DNA of 24,000 nucleotides from NCBI RefSeq assembly GCF_051020825.1, contig NZ_JAXGFQ010000009.1, positions 42,387 to 66,386 of the forward strand, written 5' to 3'. Shown piece by piece: positions 1 to 8,005 of the stretch. The stretch is from Moorella naiadis (nom. illeg.) (lineage in GTDB: Bacteria > Bacillota > DSM-521 > Neomoorellales > Neomoorellaceae). How positions within the stretch are numbered: position 1 is the stretch's first letter; each line of letters opens with the position of its first letter. Both the position numbers and the translations under genes were made by a program. The notes under the pieces were generated by a model. That model saw only the letters and a program-made list of their open reading frames with translations, was not told where the DNA came from and made no database searches.

Positions 1-1046
1 CCCAGAACATTAAAAACCCGGAGGCCAAGCAAACTAGAAGTATTCGCCGGCTCCGGGCCGACTTCCGCATCGCCCTTACCGGCACGCCGGTAGAAAACAA
101 CCTGGGGGAGCTCTGGTCCCTGATGGAGTTTTTAAACCCCGGCTACCTGGGCAGCCAGGCCGGTTTTCGCAGTCGCTTCATGATCCCCATTGAACGCTAT
201 GGTGACGGGGAGCGGGCCGCCTGCCTAAAACGCCTGGTGCAACCCTTTATTTTACGCCGGCTCAAAAGTGACCCGGCCATCATCCAGGACCTGCCGGCCA
301 AACAGGAGATCAAGGTTTACTGCCACCTGACCCGGGAGCAAGCGACTCTTTATGAAGCCGTGGTCCAGGATATGCTCCAGAGGATAGAGACGGCGGCAGG
401 AATTGAACGCAAAGGGCTGGTCCTGGCCACCCTGGCCAAATTGAAGCAGGTCTGCAACCATCCGGCCCAATTCCTTGGTGACGGCAGCACCCTATTCGGT
501 CGCTCCGGGAAATTAGCCCGGCTGCAGGAGATGCTGGAAGAAGTCCTGGCAGCCGGGGAGAAGGCACTAATTTTTACCCAGTTCGCCGTGATGGGGCAGA
601 TGCTCCAGGAGTGCCTGCAGGAGGTTTTTAACCGGGAGGTCCTTTTCCTCCACGGCGGTGTGCCCCGCTCCCGGCGGGAGGAGCTAATCCGGCGTTTCCA
701 GGAAGAAGGGGAGGGACTGCCCTTCTTTATCCTTTCCCTCAAGGCCGGTGGGGTGGGCCTTAACCTTACCCGGGCCAACAATGTCTTTCACTTTGACCGC
801 TGGTGGAATCCGGCCGTGGAAGACCAGGCTACCGACCGCGCCTTCCGCATCGGCCAGCAAAGGAGCGTCCAGGTATACAAGTTTATCTGCGCCGGGACCC
901 TGGAGGAACGTATTGATGCCCTGATTGAGTCTAAACGCGGCCTGGCCCGGCAAATCGTTGGCACGGGTGAAGGCTGGCTGACGGAGATGTCGACGGGTGA
1001 ACTGCGGGAACTCCTGAGCCTGAGGGATCAAGGAGTTGAGCTTTAA
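1..1046 (+). CDS. SNF2-family helicase, C-terminal portion (5' end outside window)
   Basis: The frame is open from base 3 ([44 protein letters not shown]...), so the ORF-track Met at 123 is internal. SNF2/helicase-C motifs are present: [53 protein letters not shown]. Stop at 1044-1046. Confidence 0.9.
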   Translation, partial: QNIKNPEAKQTRSIRRLRADFRIALTGTPVENNLGELWSLMEFLNPGYLGSQAGFRSRFMIPIERYGDGERAACLKRLVQPFILRRLKSDPAIIQDLPAKQEIKVYCHLTREQATLYEAVVQDMLQRIETAAGIERKGLVLATLAKLKQVCNHPAQFLGDGSTLFGRSGKLARLQEMLEEVLAAGEKALIFTQFAVMGQMLQECLQEVFNREVLFLHGGVPRSRREELIRRFQEEGEGLPFFILSLKAGGVGLNLTRANNVFHFDRWWNPAVEDQATDRAFRIGQQRSVQVYKFICAGTLEERIDALIESKRGLARQIVGTGEGWLTEMSTGELRELLSLRDQGVEL

Positions 1047-1071
1047 GGGAAATCGTTGCGGAGGTTGAAAT

Positions 1072-1977
1072 ATGGCTGCCAGGTGTAATTTCGGTAGCAA
1101 CTGGTGGGCCCGGCGCTGGCTGGAGGTGCTGGAGTCCTTCGGCTGGGAGAGCCGCCTGCAACGGGGCCGGACCTATGCCCGCCGGGGCAACGTTCTGAGT
1201 ATTGATCTGGCCCCCGGTACGGTGAAAGCCAAGGTCCAGGGGAGCCGGCCACGGCCCTATACGGTCAAAATAAAAATCAGCCCCCTGACCGATAGAGATT
1301 GGGAGCGGGTTATAACAGCCCTGGCTGGCCAGGCTGCCTTTGCCGCCCGCTTGCTGGCTGGTGAGATGCCGGAGGATATTGAGACCGCCTTTGCCGGGGC
1401 GAGCCTCTCCCTTTTCCCAGCTAGCCCGGAAGATATCGAAACCAGCTGCTCCTGCCCCGATTGGGCTAACCCCTGTAAACATATCGCCGCCGTCTATTAC
1501 CTCCTGGGGGAAAAGTTTGACGGTGACCCTTTCCTGCTCTTTCTTCTGCGCGGCCGGGACCAGGAAGCCTTGATGGCCGCCCTGCGGGAGCGGCGCGTCA
1601 CCCTGGCTGGGGGCAGCCCGTCACCGCCTGCCGTTAATCGGGAGGAGAATGCCTCCACGAACGGGGATGAACCGGCCAATAACGGGCGGGGACAGGGGCA
1701 AGCGAAGGAATTGCCGCCCGATCCAGTTGCCTTCTGGAGGGCCGGGGACGATCTGGCCGCTTTTAAGGTACATATGGCACCCCCGGCAGTACCTCGGATG
1801 GTTTTAAAACGCCTGGGACCGCCGCCCCTGGGACGCGAAGCCCCGGAGTTTTACCGGCTGTTAGAAAGCTATTACGAAGAAATATCCCGCCAGGCTTATG
1901 AACTGGCCTTTGCCGCCGGCGAGGCCGGGGAAAAAATTGTCTCCAACCGCCAGCCGGTGTATAATAACCAAAAATAG
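1072..1977 (+). CDS. SWIM zinc-finger domain protein (partner of the SNF2 helicase)
   Basis: ATG is preceded by GGAGG (gcGGAGGttgaaatATG). It has a CxCx(n)CxH SWIM signature, SCSCPDWANPCKHIAAVYYLL. It lies 25 nt downstream of the SNF2 gene on the same strand. Confidence 0.85.
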   Translation: MAARCNFGSNWWARRWLEVLESFGWESRLQRGRTYARRGNVLSIDLAPGTVKAKVQGSRPRPYTVKIKISPLTDRDWERVITALAGQAAFAARLLAGEMPEDIETAFAGASLSLFPASPEDIETSCSCPDWANPCKHIAAVYYLLGEKFDGDPFLLFLLRGRDQEALMAALRERRVTLAGGSPSPPAVNREENASTNGDEPANNGRGQGQAKELPPDPVAFWRAGDDLAAFKVHMAPPAVPRMVLKRLGPPPLGREAPEFYRLLESYYEEISRQAYELAFAAGEAGEKIVSNRQPVYNNQK

Positions 1978-1995
1978 CAACAGGAGGGCAAAAGA

Positions 1996-2439
1996 ATGCA
2001 CATAACCGTAACCTGGGCGGGGGAAAAGATGCGCCTTGAGGGCCGGGGTGCTTCCGGCCAACCGGTGACTATGGATGCTGGAGCCGACCACGGCGGCCAG
2101 AACGCCGGGGCCAGGCCTTCGGAAGTGCTTCTCATGGGTATGGCCGGTTGTACGGCCTTGGATGTCCTGAGCATTCTCCAGAAAAAACGCCTCGAACTGA
2201 CTTCCTTTGCCATCGACGTCGAGGCCGACCGGGCGCCGGAGCATCCGAAGGTATTTACCGCCGCTACCCTTATCTACCGCCTGGAGGGGCCCGACCTGCC
2301 CGAGAACCAGGTAAAGCAGGCCATCGACCTCTCTCTAAGTAAATACTGCGGTATGGTCAATACCCTGAAGAAGGCTATGCCCGTCTCCTACTGCTATGAG
2401 ATCAACGGTAACCGCAGCGCCGTGGCCCCGGCGCCTTAA
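1996..2439 (+). CDS. OsmC/Ohr-family protein
   Basis: RBS is aGGAGGGcaaaagaATG. Size is 147 aa. It shows the OsmC-like pattern RPSEVLLMGMAGCTALDVLSILQKKR ... LSLSKYCGMVNTL with two conserved Cys. Confidence 0.8.
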   Translation: MHITVTWAGEKMRLEGRGASGQPVTMDAGADHGGQNAGARPSEVLLMGMAGCTALDVLSILQKKRLELTSFAIDVEADRAPEHPKVFTAATLIYRLEGPDLPENQVKQAIDLSLSKYCGMVNTLKKAMPVSYCYEINGNRSAVAPAP

Positions 2440-2535
2440 TATGGTGCCAGATCACGAATTAATTATGTTACTGTTCGCTGGAACTATGCTCGCCGGTTTA
2501 TGACCAACTGGTGCAGGCTTGACGGGGGTAGTATC

Positions 2536-3090
2536 ATGGGGGTCTCCGAATCCGTTCCCGGTACTGGCCCGGGTGCTCCTGGGCTGAATAACTACCAGCA
2601 ACAGCTAGAGTACCTCATGCGCCGTTTCGGCGACAAGGTCCTCTACCTGGCTTACTCTTACCTCCATGACCGCTACCTGGCCGAAGACGTGGCCCAGGAG
2701 GTTTTTATCCGGGTTTATACCAACCTGGATAAATTTCAGGGCCGCAGCTCTATCTATACCTGGATCTATCACATCACCGTCAACCTCTGCCGTGACTACC
2801 TGCGGGCCCAGAGCCGGCGGCGCCTGGAGCCGAATAGGTTATTGGAGGTTGCCGTCCCGGATGTTGAGGCTATGGCCCTGGCCAACCTCGAGTACCGGGA
2901 ATTATGGCAGGCTATTTTACAGCTTCCTGTGACCTACCGCGAGGTAATCTGGCTACACTACTACGACCAGTTAAGCCTGAAAGATATAGCAGCTATACTG
3001 GACATTTCCCTGGCAGCGGTAAAGATCCGCCTATATCGCGCCCGGCAACGGCTGCAACAGGTTTTAAAGGTGGGTGACCAAGTTGAATAA
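2536..3090 (+). CDS. ECF-type RNA polymerase sigma-70 family factor
   Basis: Region 2 (YLAEDVAQEVFIRVYTNLDKFQGRSSIYTWIYHITVNLCRDY) and the region 4 HTH (LSLKDIAAILDISLAAVKIRLYRARQRL) are present. I prefer ATG 2536 (GGGGGT 6 nt upstream). The longest ORF starts at ATG 2500. Confidence 0.85.
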   Translation: MGVSESVPGTGPGAPGLNNYQQQLEYLMRRFGDKVLYLAYSYLHDRYLAEDVAQEVFIRVYTNLDKFQGRSSIYTWIYHITVNLCRDYLRAQSRRRLEPNRLLEVAVPDVEAMALANLEYRELWQAILQLPVTYREVIWLHYYDQLSLKDIAAILDISLAAVKIRLYRARQRLQQVLKVGDQVE

Positions 3091-3781
3091 GCATAAGGAT
3101 CAACTTGAGGAACTGCTGGCCGGACTACCAACCCATACGCCGCCGCCCCTGGCCGGCTGGCACTTCTCAGCGGACCTGCGCCAACAAGTACAAAAGCGGG
3201 CAGCCTCATTACAGGACTCACCGCAGGACCAGATCCATCAAGCAGGCAACGGGGGGGGTTGCGGCGGCGCTATTCCCGGATTGACTATACCGGTACTGGC
3301 TTGCTCCTCCCCCAAGAAAGTTTCCCCGGGTCTCTTGTGCCGGTTACGGCATTTCCGGCCGGGCCTAGTTGCAGGCCTGATTGTAATATTTGTTTTGCTG
3401 GCCTGGTGGTATCGACCGTGGGATGGCAACTACTGGTCAGAGGTACCCGGCGGGCCGCCGGCGGGTTTCCAGGTCAAACCCATCCAGTACCAGTGGGTTA
3501 ATCTGAATGACCCCTACCGGGAAGCTGTAGTCAGCATTGGCAGGGTGGCAGGCTCCAACCAGCTCCTGGCGGCTATAAGTAAACGACGGGAACCGGCGGG
3601 CTGGCAACTGATTTATACCCAGCCCTTGAACGCTTACCTGGTGCTGCCGGTAAAGGTAGTCCACGCTAACGCTAACCAGGTTACCCTGATCCTCATCGCT
3701 TATCAGGAACAGCAGGAGGAGGGTTACCGTTACCTAATCCTCAGCTTTGATGGTGAAAGGGTAATACCATATAACCAGTAA
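3074..3781 (+). CDS. Single-pass membrane protein co-transcribed with the ECF sigma (putative anti-sigma factor)
   Basis: GTG start overlaps the sigma gene stop by 17 nt, suggesting translational coupling. One hydrophobic helix is present (LVAGLIVIFVLLAWWY), followed by a C-terminal domain of about 110 aa. No zf-HC2 motif is recognisable, so the anti-sigma role rests on position only. Confidence 0.55.
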   Translation: MTKLNKHKDQLEELLAGLPTHTPPPLAGWHFSADLRQQVQKRAASLQDSPQDQIHQAGNGGGCGGAIPGLTIPVLACSSPKKVSPGLLCRLRHFRPGLVAGLIVIFVLLAWWYRPWDGNYWSEVPGGPPAGFQVKPIQYQWVNLNDPYREAVVSIGRVAGSNQLLAAISKRREPAGWQLIYTQPLNAYLVLPVKVVHANANQVTLILIAYQEQQEEGYRYLILSFDGERVIPYNQ

Positions 3782-3793
3782 CTTGGAGGTGAC

Positions 3794-3955
3794 GTGCGTG
3801 TTGGCGATAGGGGTGAGACTGGTTCCCTGAGGGCGCCTTTGGGCGTGAGTATCAAGACTAAGGACAAGCACGGCCGCCTGCCTGCGAGCCGAAGGGTCGA
3901 GCTACGGCCGCGCCCCAAGCCGGGCGAGTTCGCTTCCAAGCATAAGCAAGCATAA
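3794..3955 (+). CDS. Hypothetical 53-aa basic small ORF (very uncertain; may be 3' UTR or structured RNA)
   Basis: GGAGG at 3785-3789 sits only 4 nt before GTG 3794. Translation is MRVGDRGETGSLRAPLGVSIKTKDKHGRLPASRRVELRPRPKPGEFASKHKQA. The opposite strand is also open here, so the ORF evidence is weak. Confidence 0.15.
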   Translation: MRVGDRGETGSLRAPLGVSIKTKDKHGRLPASRRVELRPRPKPGEFASKHKQA

Positions 3956-3965
3956 GCAGGAAGAA

Positions 3966-3995
3966 AAACCGGACGGTGTACCGTCTGTTTTTTTT
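3966..3995 (+). terminator. Rho-independent terminator of the sigma/anti-sigma unit
   Basis: Stem CGGACGG / CCGTCTG (one G-U pair), loop TGTA, then T8 at 3988-3995. Confidence 0.75.
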
Positions 3996-4064
3996 CACCG
4001 GGGCTGTAACCCCCCGGGCCTGGTTGACGTCTATAAGATTGTAATTATTTTTCTGGCGAGGTGG

Positions 4065-5234
4065 TTGCCTGTGGCAAAGAGATTATGGCTGGTGCTAGTT
4101 ACTGTTTTCTGTACCCTGGGACTTCTCCTCACCCCCTTGTTAACGCCGGCCCGGGCCAGCAACGGCCTGCTGCTCGCGACAGATTTCCCGGGTATTGAAG
4201 TGCAGCCGGGAACTACTGTCACCTTTCCCTTGACCCTGACCAACAGTGGTGCGCCGCAAAAGGTGGATCTAAAGGTAGTCTCAGCTCCTAAAGGCTGGCC
4301 GACCTCTTTTAAAGGCAGCGGCATGATCGTCACCCAGGCCTTCGCCGGCAGCCAGCCGGCCAAAATCGACTTCCAAGTGGAAGTACCGGGCGACGCCCAG
4401 CCCGGCAGTTATAACTTTGTAGTCCAGGCCACCGGGGCCGGGGCCTCCTCCGAATTAACCCTGCAGGCAGTCATTAAAGAAGCTTCTGCGGGGGGTGATA
4501 AGATAACCACCGATTACCCGGTTTTAAGCGGTACCAGCAGCACTAATTACCAGTTCCGGGTAACCCTCACCAATAATGGTGCCCAGGAACGTTCCTACAG
4601 CCTGGCCGCCCAGGCGCCGCCGGGTTGGCAGGTAACCTTCAGCCCCGCCTATGACAGCAAGCAGATTGCCAGCCTGAGCATCAAACCAGGCCAGAACCAG
4701 GGGCTGGATGTCAACGTGAAACCGCCCCAGGATGTCAAGGCCGGTACCTATAATATTCCCATCCAGGCTACCTCCGGCAGCAGCAAGGCGGGGGTAGTAT
4801 TAAAGGTCAACATCACCGGAACCTATAGCCTGGAGTTGACGACCCCCGACGGCCGGTTGAACGTCGACGCCCTGGCCGGTAGGGAGAGCCCGGTGACCCT
4901 GGTGGTCAAGAATACCGGTAGCGCCGACTTGACAGGCATTACCCTGGCGGCCAACGCCGCCAGCAGCTGGGCCGTGACCTTCAAACCCGATAAGATCGAC
5001 TTGTTGCCGGCCGGGGGCAGCCAGCAGGTGACGGCCTTTATCAAGCCGTCTAACGAAGCCATTGCCGGTGATTATGTCGTCCGGCTCACGGCCAATGCCC
5101 AGGAGGCCAGCGGTAACGCCGATTTCCGGGTCAGCGTGCGGACCTCCACCCTATGGGGCGTTGTAGGGGTTTTGCTGATCTTGGCGGTAGTCGGCGGCGT
5201 GGCCTGGATCTTCCGGAAATACGGGCGGCGATAG
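4065..5234 (+). CDS. Exported NEW3-domain repeat protein with C-terminal membrane anchor (COG1470-like)
   Basis: Has an N-terminal signal-like helix ([25 protein letters not shown]). At least three repeats fit the pattern xVTLxNxGxxxxxxxLxxxxPxGWxVTF ([79 protein letters not shown]). A C-terminal TM is present ([21 protein letters not shown]). Start is TTG 4065; GTG 4071 is an alternative. Confidence 0.8.
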   Translation: MPVAKRLWLVLVTVFCTLGLLLTPLLTPARASNGLLLATDFPGIEVQPGTTVTFPLTLTNSGAPQKVDLKVVSAPKGWPTSFKGSGMIVTQAFAGSQPAKIDFQVEVPGDAQPGSYNFVVQATGAGASSELTLQAVIKEASAGGDKITTDYPVLSGTSSTNYQFRVTLTNNGAQERSYSLAAQAPPGWQVTFSPAYDSKQIASLSIKPGQNQGLDVNVKPPQDVKAGTYNIPIQATSGSSKAGVVLKVNITGTYSLELTTPDGRLNVDALAGRESPVTLVVKNTGSADLTGITLAANAASSWAVTFKPDKIDLLPAGGSQQVTAFIKPSNEAIAGDYVVRLTANAQEASGNADFRVSVRTSTLWGVVGVLLILAVVGGVAWIFRKYGRR

Positions 5235-5236
5235 CT

Positions 5237-6211
5237 ATGGCGGCACAGGAAGCAGTTATTGTCACCCGCAACCTTACTAAGCATTATGGCAGCATCACCG
5301 CTGTCCAGGATTTGAACCTGGAAATCCAGCGGGGGGAGATCTTCGGTTTGTTGGGACCCAATGGTGCCGGTAAGACGACCACCATCCTGATGCTCCTGGG
5401 CCTGACCGAGCCGACCGGCGGCCAGGCCCTGGTGCAGGGTCTGGAAGCCACCCGCCATCCATTGGAGGTTAAAAGAATCATCGGCTACCTGCCGGATAAC
5501 GTCGGTTTTTACGACGATTTGACGGCCAGGGAAAACCTGCTCTATACGGCCAGTTTAAACCAGATCCCTGCGGGTGTGGCCAGGCAGAGATTGGAAGCAG
5601 CCCTGGCGGAGGTTGGCCTGGCGGACGTCGCCGGCCGCCGGGTACGGGAGTTCTCCCGCGGCATGCGGCAACGCCTGGGCATCGCCGATGTAATCCTGAA
5701 AGACCCGTCGATCATTATTCTCGACGAACCCACCCTGGGGATTGATCCCCAGGGCGTCAAGGAATTACTGGACCTAATTGTCCGCCTAGCCCGGGAGCGG
5801 GGGAAGACCATCCTTATCTCCTCCCACCTTCTGCACCAAGTCCAGCAGGTCTGCGACCGGGTGGGAATCTTTGTCGGCGGCAAGCTGATAGCCGTAGGAC
5901 CGGTGGCCCTCCTGGGGCAGCAGGTCATGGCTGGTAAGCTTCTGGAGGTTGAACTCCAGGCCGAGCCGGATAATAACGACCTGCTGGCTGCCCTGGAGGC
6001 CTTGCCCGGTGTGGCCGCCGTAGAACGTCGCGGTGCCTTTATCCGGGTGAGCTGCGCGGCCGGCGTTGATATCCGCCGTGAACTGGCCCCCTACCTGGCC
6101 GGCAAGGGATTTACCCTGTTCTATTTACGGGCCCGAGGTTATGACCTGGATGATATCTACCGCCAGTATTTCCAGGGTGAGGCGTTCACGGTGCACGCTG
6201 CCACTAGCTAA
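5237..6211 (+). CDS. ABC transporter ATP-binding protein
   Basis: Walker [10 protein letters not shown], signature-like [10 protein letters not shown], Walker [10 protein letters not shown]-loop SSHLL. ATG 5237 lies 2 nt after the upstream stop. The ORF-track start at 5153 would overlap the previous gene by 82 nt and is unlikely. Confidence 0.92.
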   Translation: MAAQEAVIVTRNLTKHYGSITAVQDLNLEIQRGEIFGLLGPNGAGKTTTILMLLGLTEPTGGQALVQGLEATRHPLEVKRIIGYLPDNVGFYDDLTARENLLYTASLNQIPAGVARQRLEAALAEVGLADVAGRRVREFSRGMRQRLGIADVILKDPSIIILDEPTLGIDPQGVKELLDLIVRLARERGKTILISSHLLHQVQQVCDRVGIFVGGKLIAVGPVALLGQQVMAGKLLEVELQAEPDNNDLLAALEALPGVAAVERRGAFIRVSCAAGVDIRRELAPYLAGKGFTLFYLRARGYDLDDIYRQYFQGEAFTVHAATS

Positions 6212-6323
6212 TAAGGGATAGAAGCGACCAACGAGCTTTAATCTGGAACTGGCGTGACCAGTTCCTACAACCCTCTCACATCTCACCGCCAACATCTCAC
6301 ATCTATTCTGAGGGAGGTATACC

Positions 6324-7328
6324 ATGGCACGCTGGCAGGATAGAGTAGAGGACTGGCTGGCCTGGTGGCGGCAGCAGGAGTGGTTCAGCGGCGGTCTGCG
6401 GGCTGTTTTCCAGAAGGAACTGGCTGATAACCTGGGCAGCACCCGCTTTACCATCCTCTTCCTCCTAGTGGCTATTGCCGGTATCAGCGCCTTTTATGTC
6501 GCGGCCCAAAGCATCCGCCAGGCGGTAGGTCAGGAGAATTCCCATTTTGTCTTCCTGCGCCTCTTTACAACCAGCGGCAGGAACCTACCGCCCTTTATAA
6601 CTTTTATCTCTTTTCTGGGCCCGTTGCTGGGACTGGCCTTGGGTTTCGATGCCATTAACGGCGAGCACAATAAACGCACCTTGAGCCGGCTCCTGGCCCA
6701 GCCCATTTACCGAGATGATGTAATAAATGGTAAGTTCCTGGCGGGACTGACGGTTTTGGCCCTAGTCATTCTGGCCCTGGGATTTCTAGTGGCCGGCCTA
6801 GGACTCCTTTTGCTTGGCGTCCCGCCGACAGGGGAGGAACTGGGCCGACTCCTCATTTATCTCCTGGTGACTATTATCTATGTGTCTTTCTGGTTGAGCG
6901 TCTCCCTGCTCTTTTCCCTGTTATTCCGCCAGAATGCCACCTCAGCCCTGGCGGGCATCGCCGTCTGGCTCTTTTTCGCCCTCTTTGCCGGCATGCTGGT
7001 AGGCCTTATTGCCGACGGCCTTTTCCCGGCCAATCAAAACTCCCCGCCACAGCAGATCCTGCATAACGCCACTTTGAAGCAGGACCTGGGCCGCCTTTCG
7101 CCGACGACCCTTTACGATGAAGCCACCATCACCCTGCTCAATCCGGGGGTGCGCACCCTGGGGCCGGTATTAGTCCAGCAGCTGGAGGGGGCCATCCCGG
7201 GCAGCCTGCCCCTTGACCAGAGCCTACTCCTTATATGGCCCCACCTGGTCGGGCTGATCGCGGCTACCCTGCTTATTTTCGCCCTGGCCTATTACTTCTT
7301 CATGCGCCAGGAGATCCGGGCCGGGTGA
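6324..7328 (+). CDS. ABC-2 type transporter permease
   Basis: RBS is GGGAGGtataccATG. It is a multi-pass hydrophobic protein with about six TM segments and directly follows the ABC ATPase. Confidence 0.8.
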   Translation: MARWQDRVEDWLAWWRQQEWFSGGLRAVFQKELADNLGSTRFTILFLLVAIAGISAFYVAAQSIRQAVGQENSHFVFLRLFTTSGRNLPPFITFISFLGPLLGLALGFDAINGEHNKRTLSRLLAQPIYRDDVINGKFLAGLTVLALVILALGFLVAGLGLLLLGVPPTGEELGRLLIYLLVTIIYVSFWLSVSLLFSLLFRQNATSALAGIAVWLFFALFAGMLVGLIADGLFPANQNSPPQQILHNATLKQDLGRLSPTTLYDEATITLLNPGVRTLGPVLVQQLEGAIPGSLPLDQSLLLIWPHLVGLIAATLLIFALAYYFFMRQEIRAG

Positions 7329-7459
7329 TGTTTGCTATTTTGCTATAATCTCTTTTCCCAGGAGACGGAGCGAAACGCAAGCGAAGCGAAGGGAAACCTA
7401 ACCTGCCGGGGGCCTGAGGGGATTTCCACGGGTTATAGCGGCCGGCAGAATAAGAGAAT

Positions 7460-7491
7460 GAGGACAGCAAAATTAGCTGCCCTCGTTTTTT
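7460..7491 (+). terminator. Rho-independent terminator of the NEW3/ABC operon
   Basis: Stem GAGGACAGC (7460-7468) / GCTGCCCTC (7476-7484) with one mismatch, loop AAAATTA, followed by GTTTTTT at 7485-7491. Confidence 0.6.
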
Positions 7492-7504
7492 ATGATTATA
7501 TTTA

Positions 7505-7935
7505 CGGCTTAAAAATTTAATACAGGTTATTGGAGGATTTAGGTAAACTATGTCGAAATACGAAAAAAATAGTATCCAATAAAGGAGCCAAGGCAATGTT
7601 ATATATCTCAATAAATACCATAAATTCCCTGGGGGGGGGGGGGGGGGATATTTTACCACCCCCACCAGAAAAAACAACTACCTTATAGTTATATTATCAT
7701 CCCCCTCTTTCTCTTTTGCTATTTTTATCTATCTTGTGATTCCTCCAGCCTGTCTTGCGATCTGGGGCCGCAAGACCCTATCTTACCATATACCCCCTCC
7801 CCTCTTTATCTTCCAGGTGATTTATTACGTTTACGATCGTTACGCTCGCCACCATTCCTCTGATCAGGGTTGCCTTATTACCTTCAGCTGCAAGTGATAA
7901 TTACCGCGGCTTACAGGAGGCAATGCCATGAGCAG
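7505..7935. repeat. Copy A of a diverged two-copy low-GC element with an internal poly-G tract
   Basis: By-eye alignment to 18975-19493 shows shared blocks: TGGAGGATTTAGGTAAA (7531-7547 / 19011-19027), TGTCGAA, CCAATAAAG, AATAAATACCA, poly-G, ATATTTTACCAnCCCnACCAGAAAAAA (7648-7674 / 19127-19153), CCTCCrGCCTGTCT (7742-7755 / 19241-19254), CTCTTTAT and TTTACGrTCG. Boundaries are approximate. Confidence 0.8.
7631..7647 (+). repeat. Homopolymeric tract G17 (C17 on minus strand)
   Basis: Counted directly: ccct + 17 G + atatttt. Confidence 0.99.
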
Positions 7936-7990
7936 AGGCCTATTGGAGATGGGAGTCACTAAAGTGCGCCTCAGCAGCAAAGAAATCTAA
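7928..7990 (+). CDS. Possible 20-codon upstream ORF (MSRGLLEMGVTKVRLSSKEI)
   Basis: AGGAGG at 7915-7920 lies 7 nt before ATG 7928. TAA at 7988-7990 is 15 nt before the receiver-gene ATG. The RBS and start context resemble those of the HD-GYP gene at 19484. Confidence 0.2.
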   Translation: MSRGLLEMGVTKVRLSSKEI

Positions 7991-8005
7991 CTGGAGGCAA
8001 ATTTA

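Noticed and set aside
350-1482. Several minus-strand ORFs (350-781, 684-1100, 931-1482) opposite the SNF2 and SWIM genes
   Set aside because: They have no RBS or domain signal and a biased R/P/S/G composition. The sense-strand genes are strongly supported.
3251-3258. G8 run inside the putative anti-sigma gene, considered as a possible slippage site
   Set aside because: It is short relative to the 14-17 nt tracts and simply encodes part of a Gly-rich linker (GNGGGCGG). There is no evidence of frameshift-restored ORFs on either side.
3730-3939. 69-aa minus-strand ORF in the GC-rich spacer
   Set aside because: It has no RBS, overlaps the anti-sigma gene end, and has an R/L/S/P-rich composition. 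It probably reflects high GC content only.
4024-4052. TTGACG hexamer upstream of the NEW3 gene, considered as a promoter -35
   Set aside because: No acceptable -10 lies at 16-18 nt spacing, and the start codon is only about 35 nt away. It is left unannotated.
5153-5236. N-terminal extension of the ABC ATPase ORF
   Set aside because: It would overlap the upstream gene by 82 nt and encodes an R/G-rich peptide. ATG 5237 directly follows the upstream stop and gives a normal ABC N-terminus.
7300-7677. Minus-strand ORFs across the repeats (7300-7677 and 18969-19202) reading the tract as poly-Pro
   Set aside because: No convincing RBS is present. The apparent hydrophobicity is explained by T-rich sequence. 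The similarity between the two simply mirrors the nucleotide repeat. The first would also overlap the permease 3' end.
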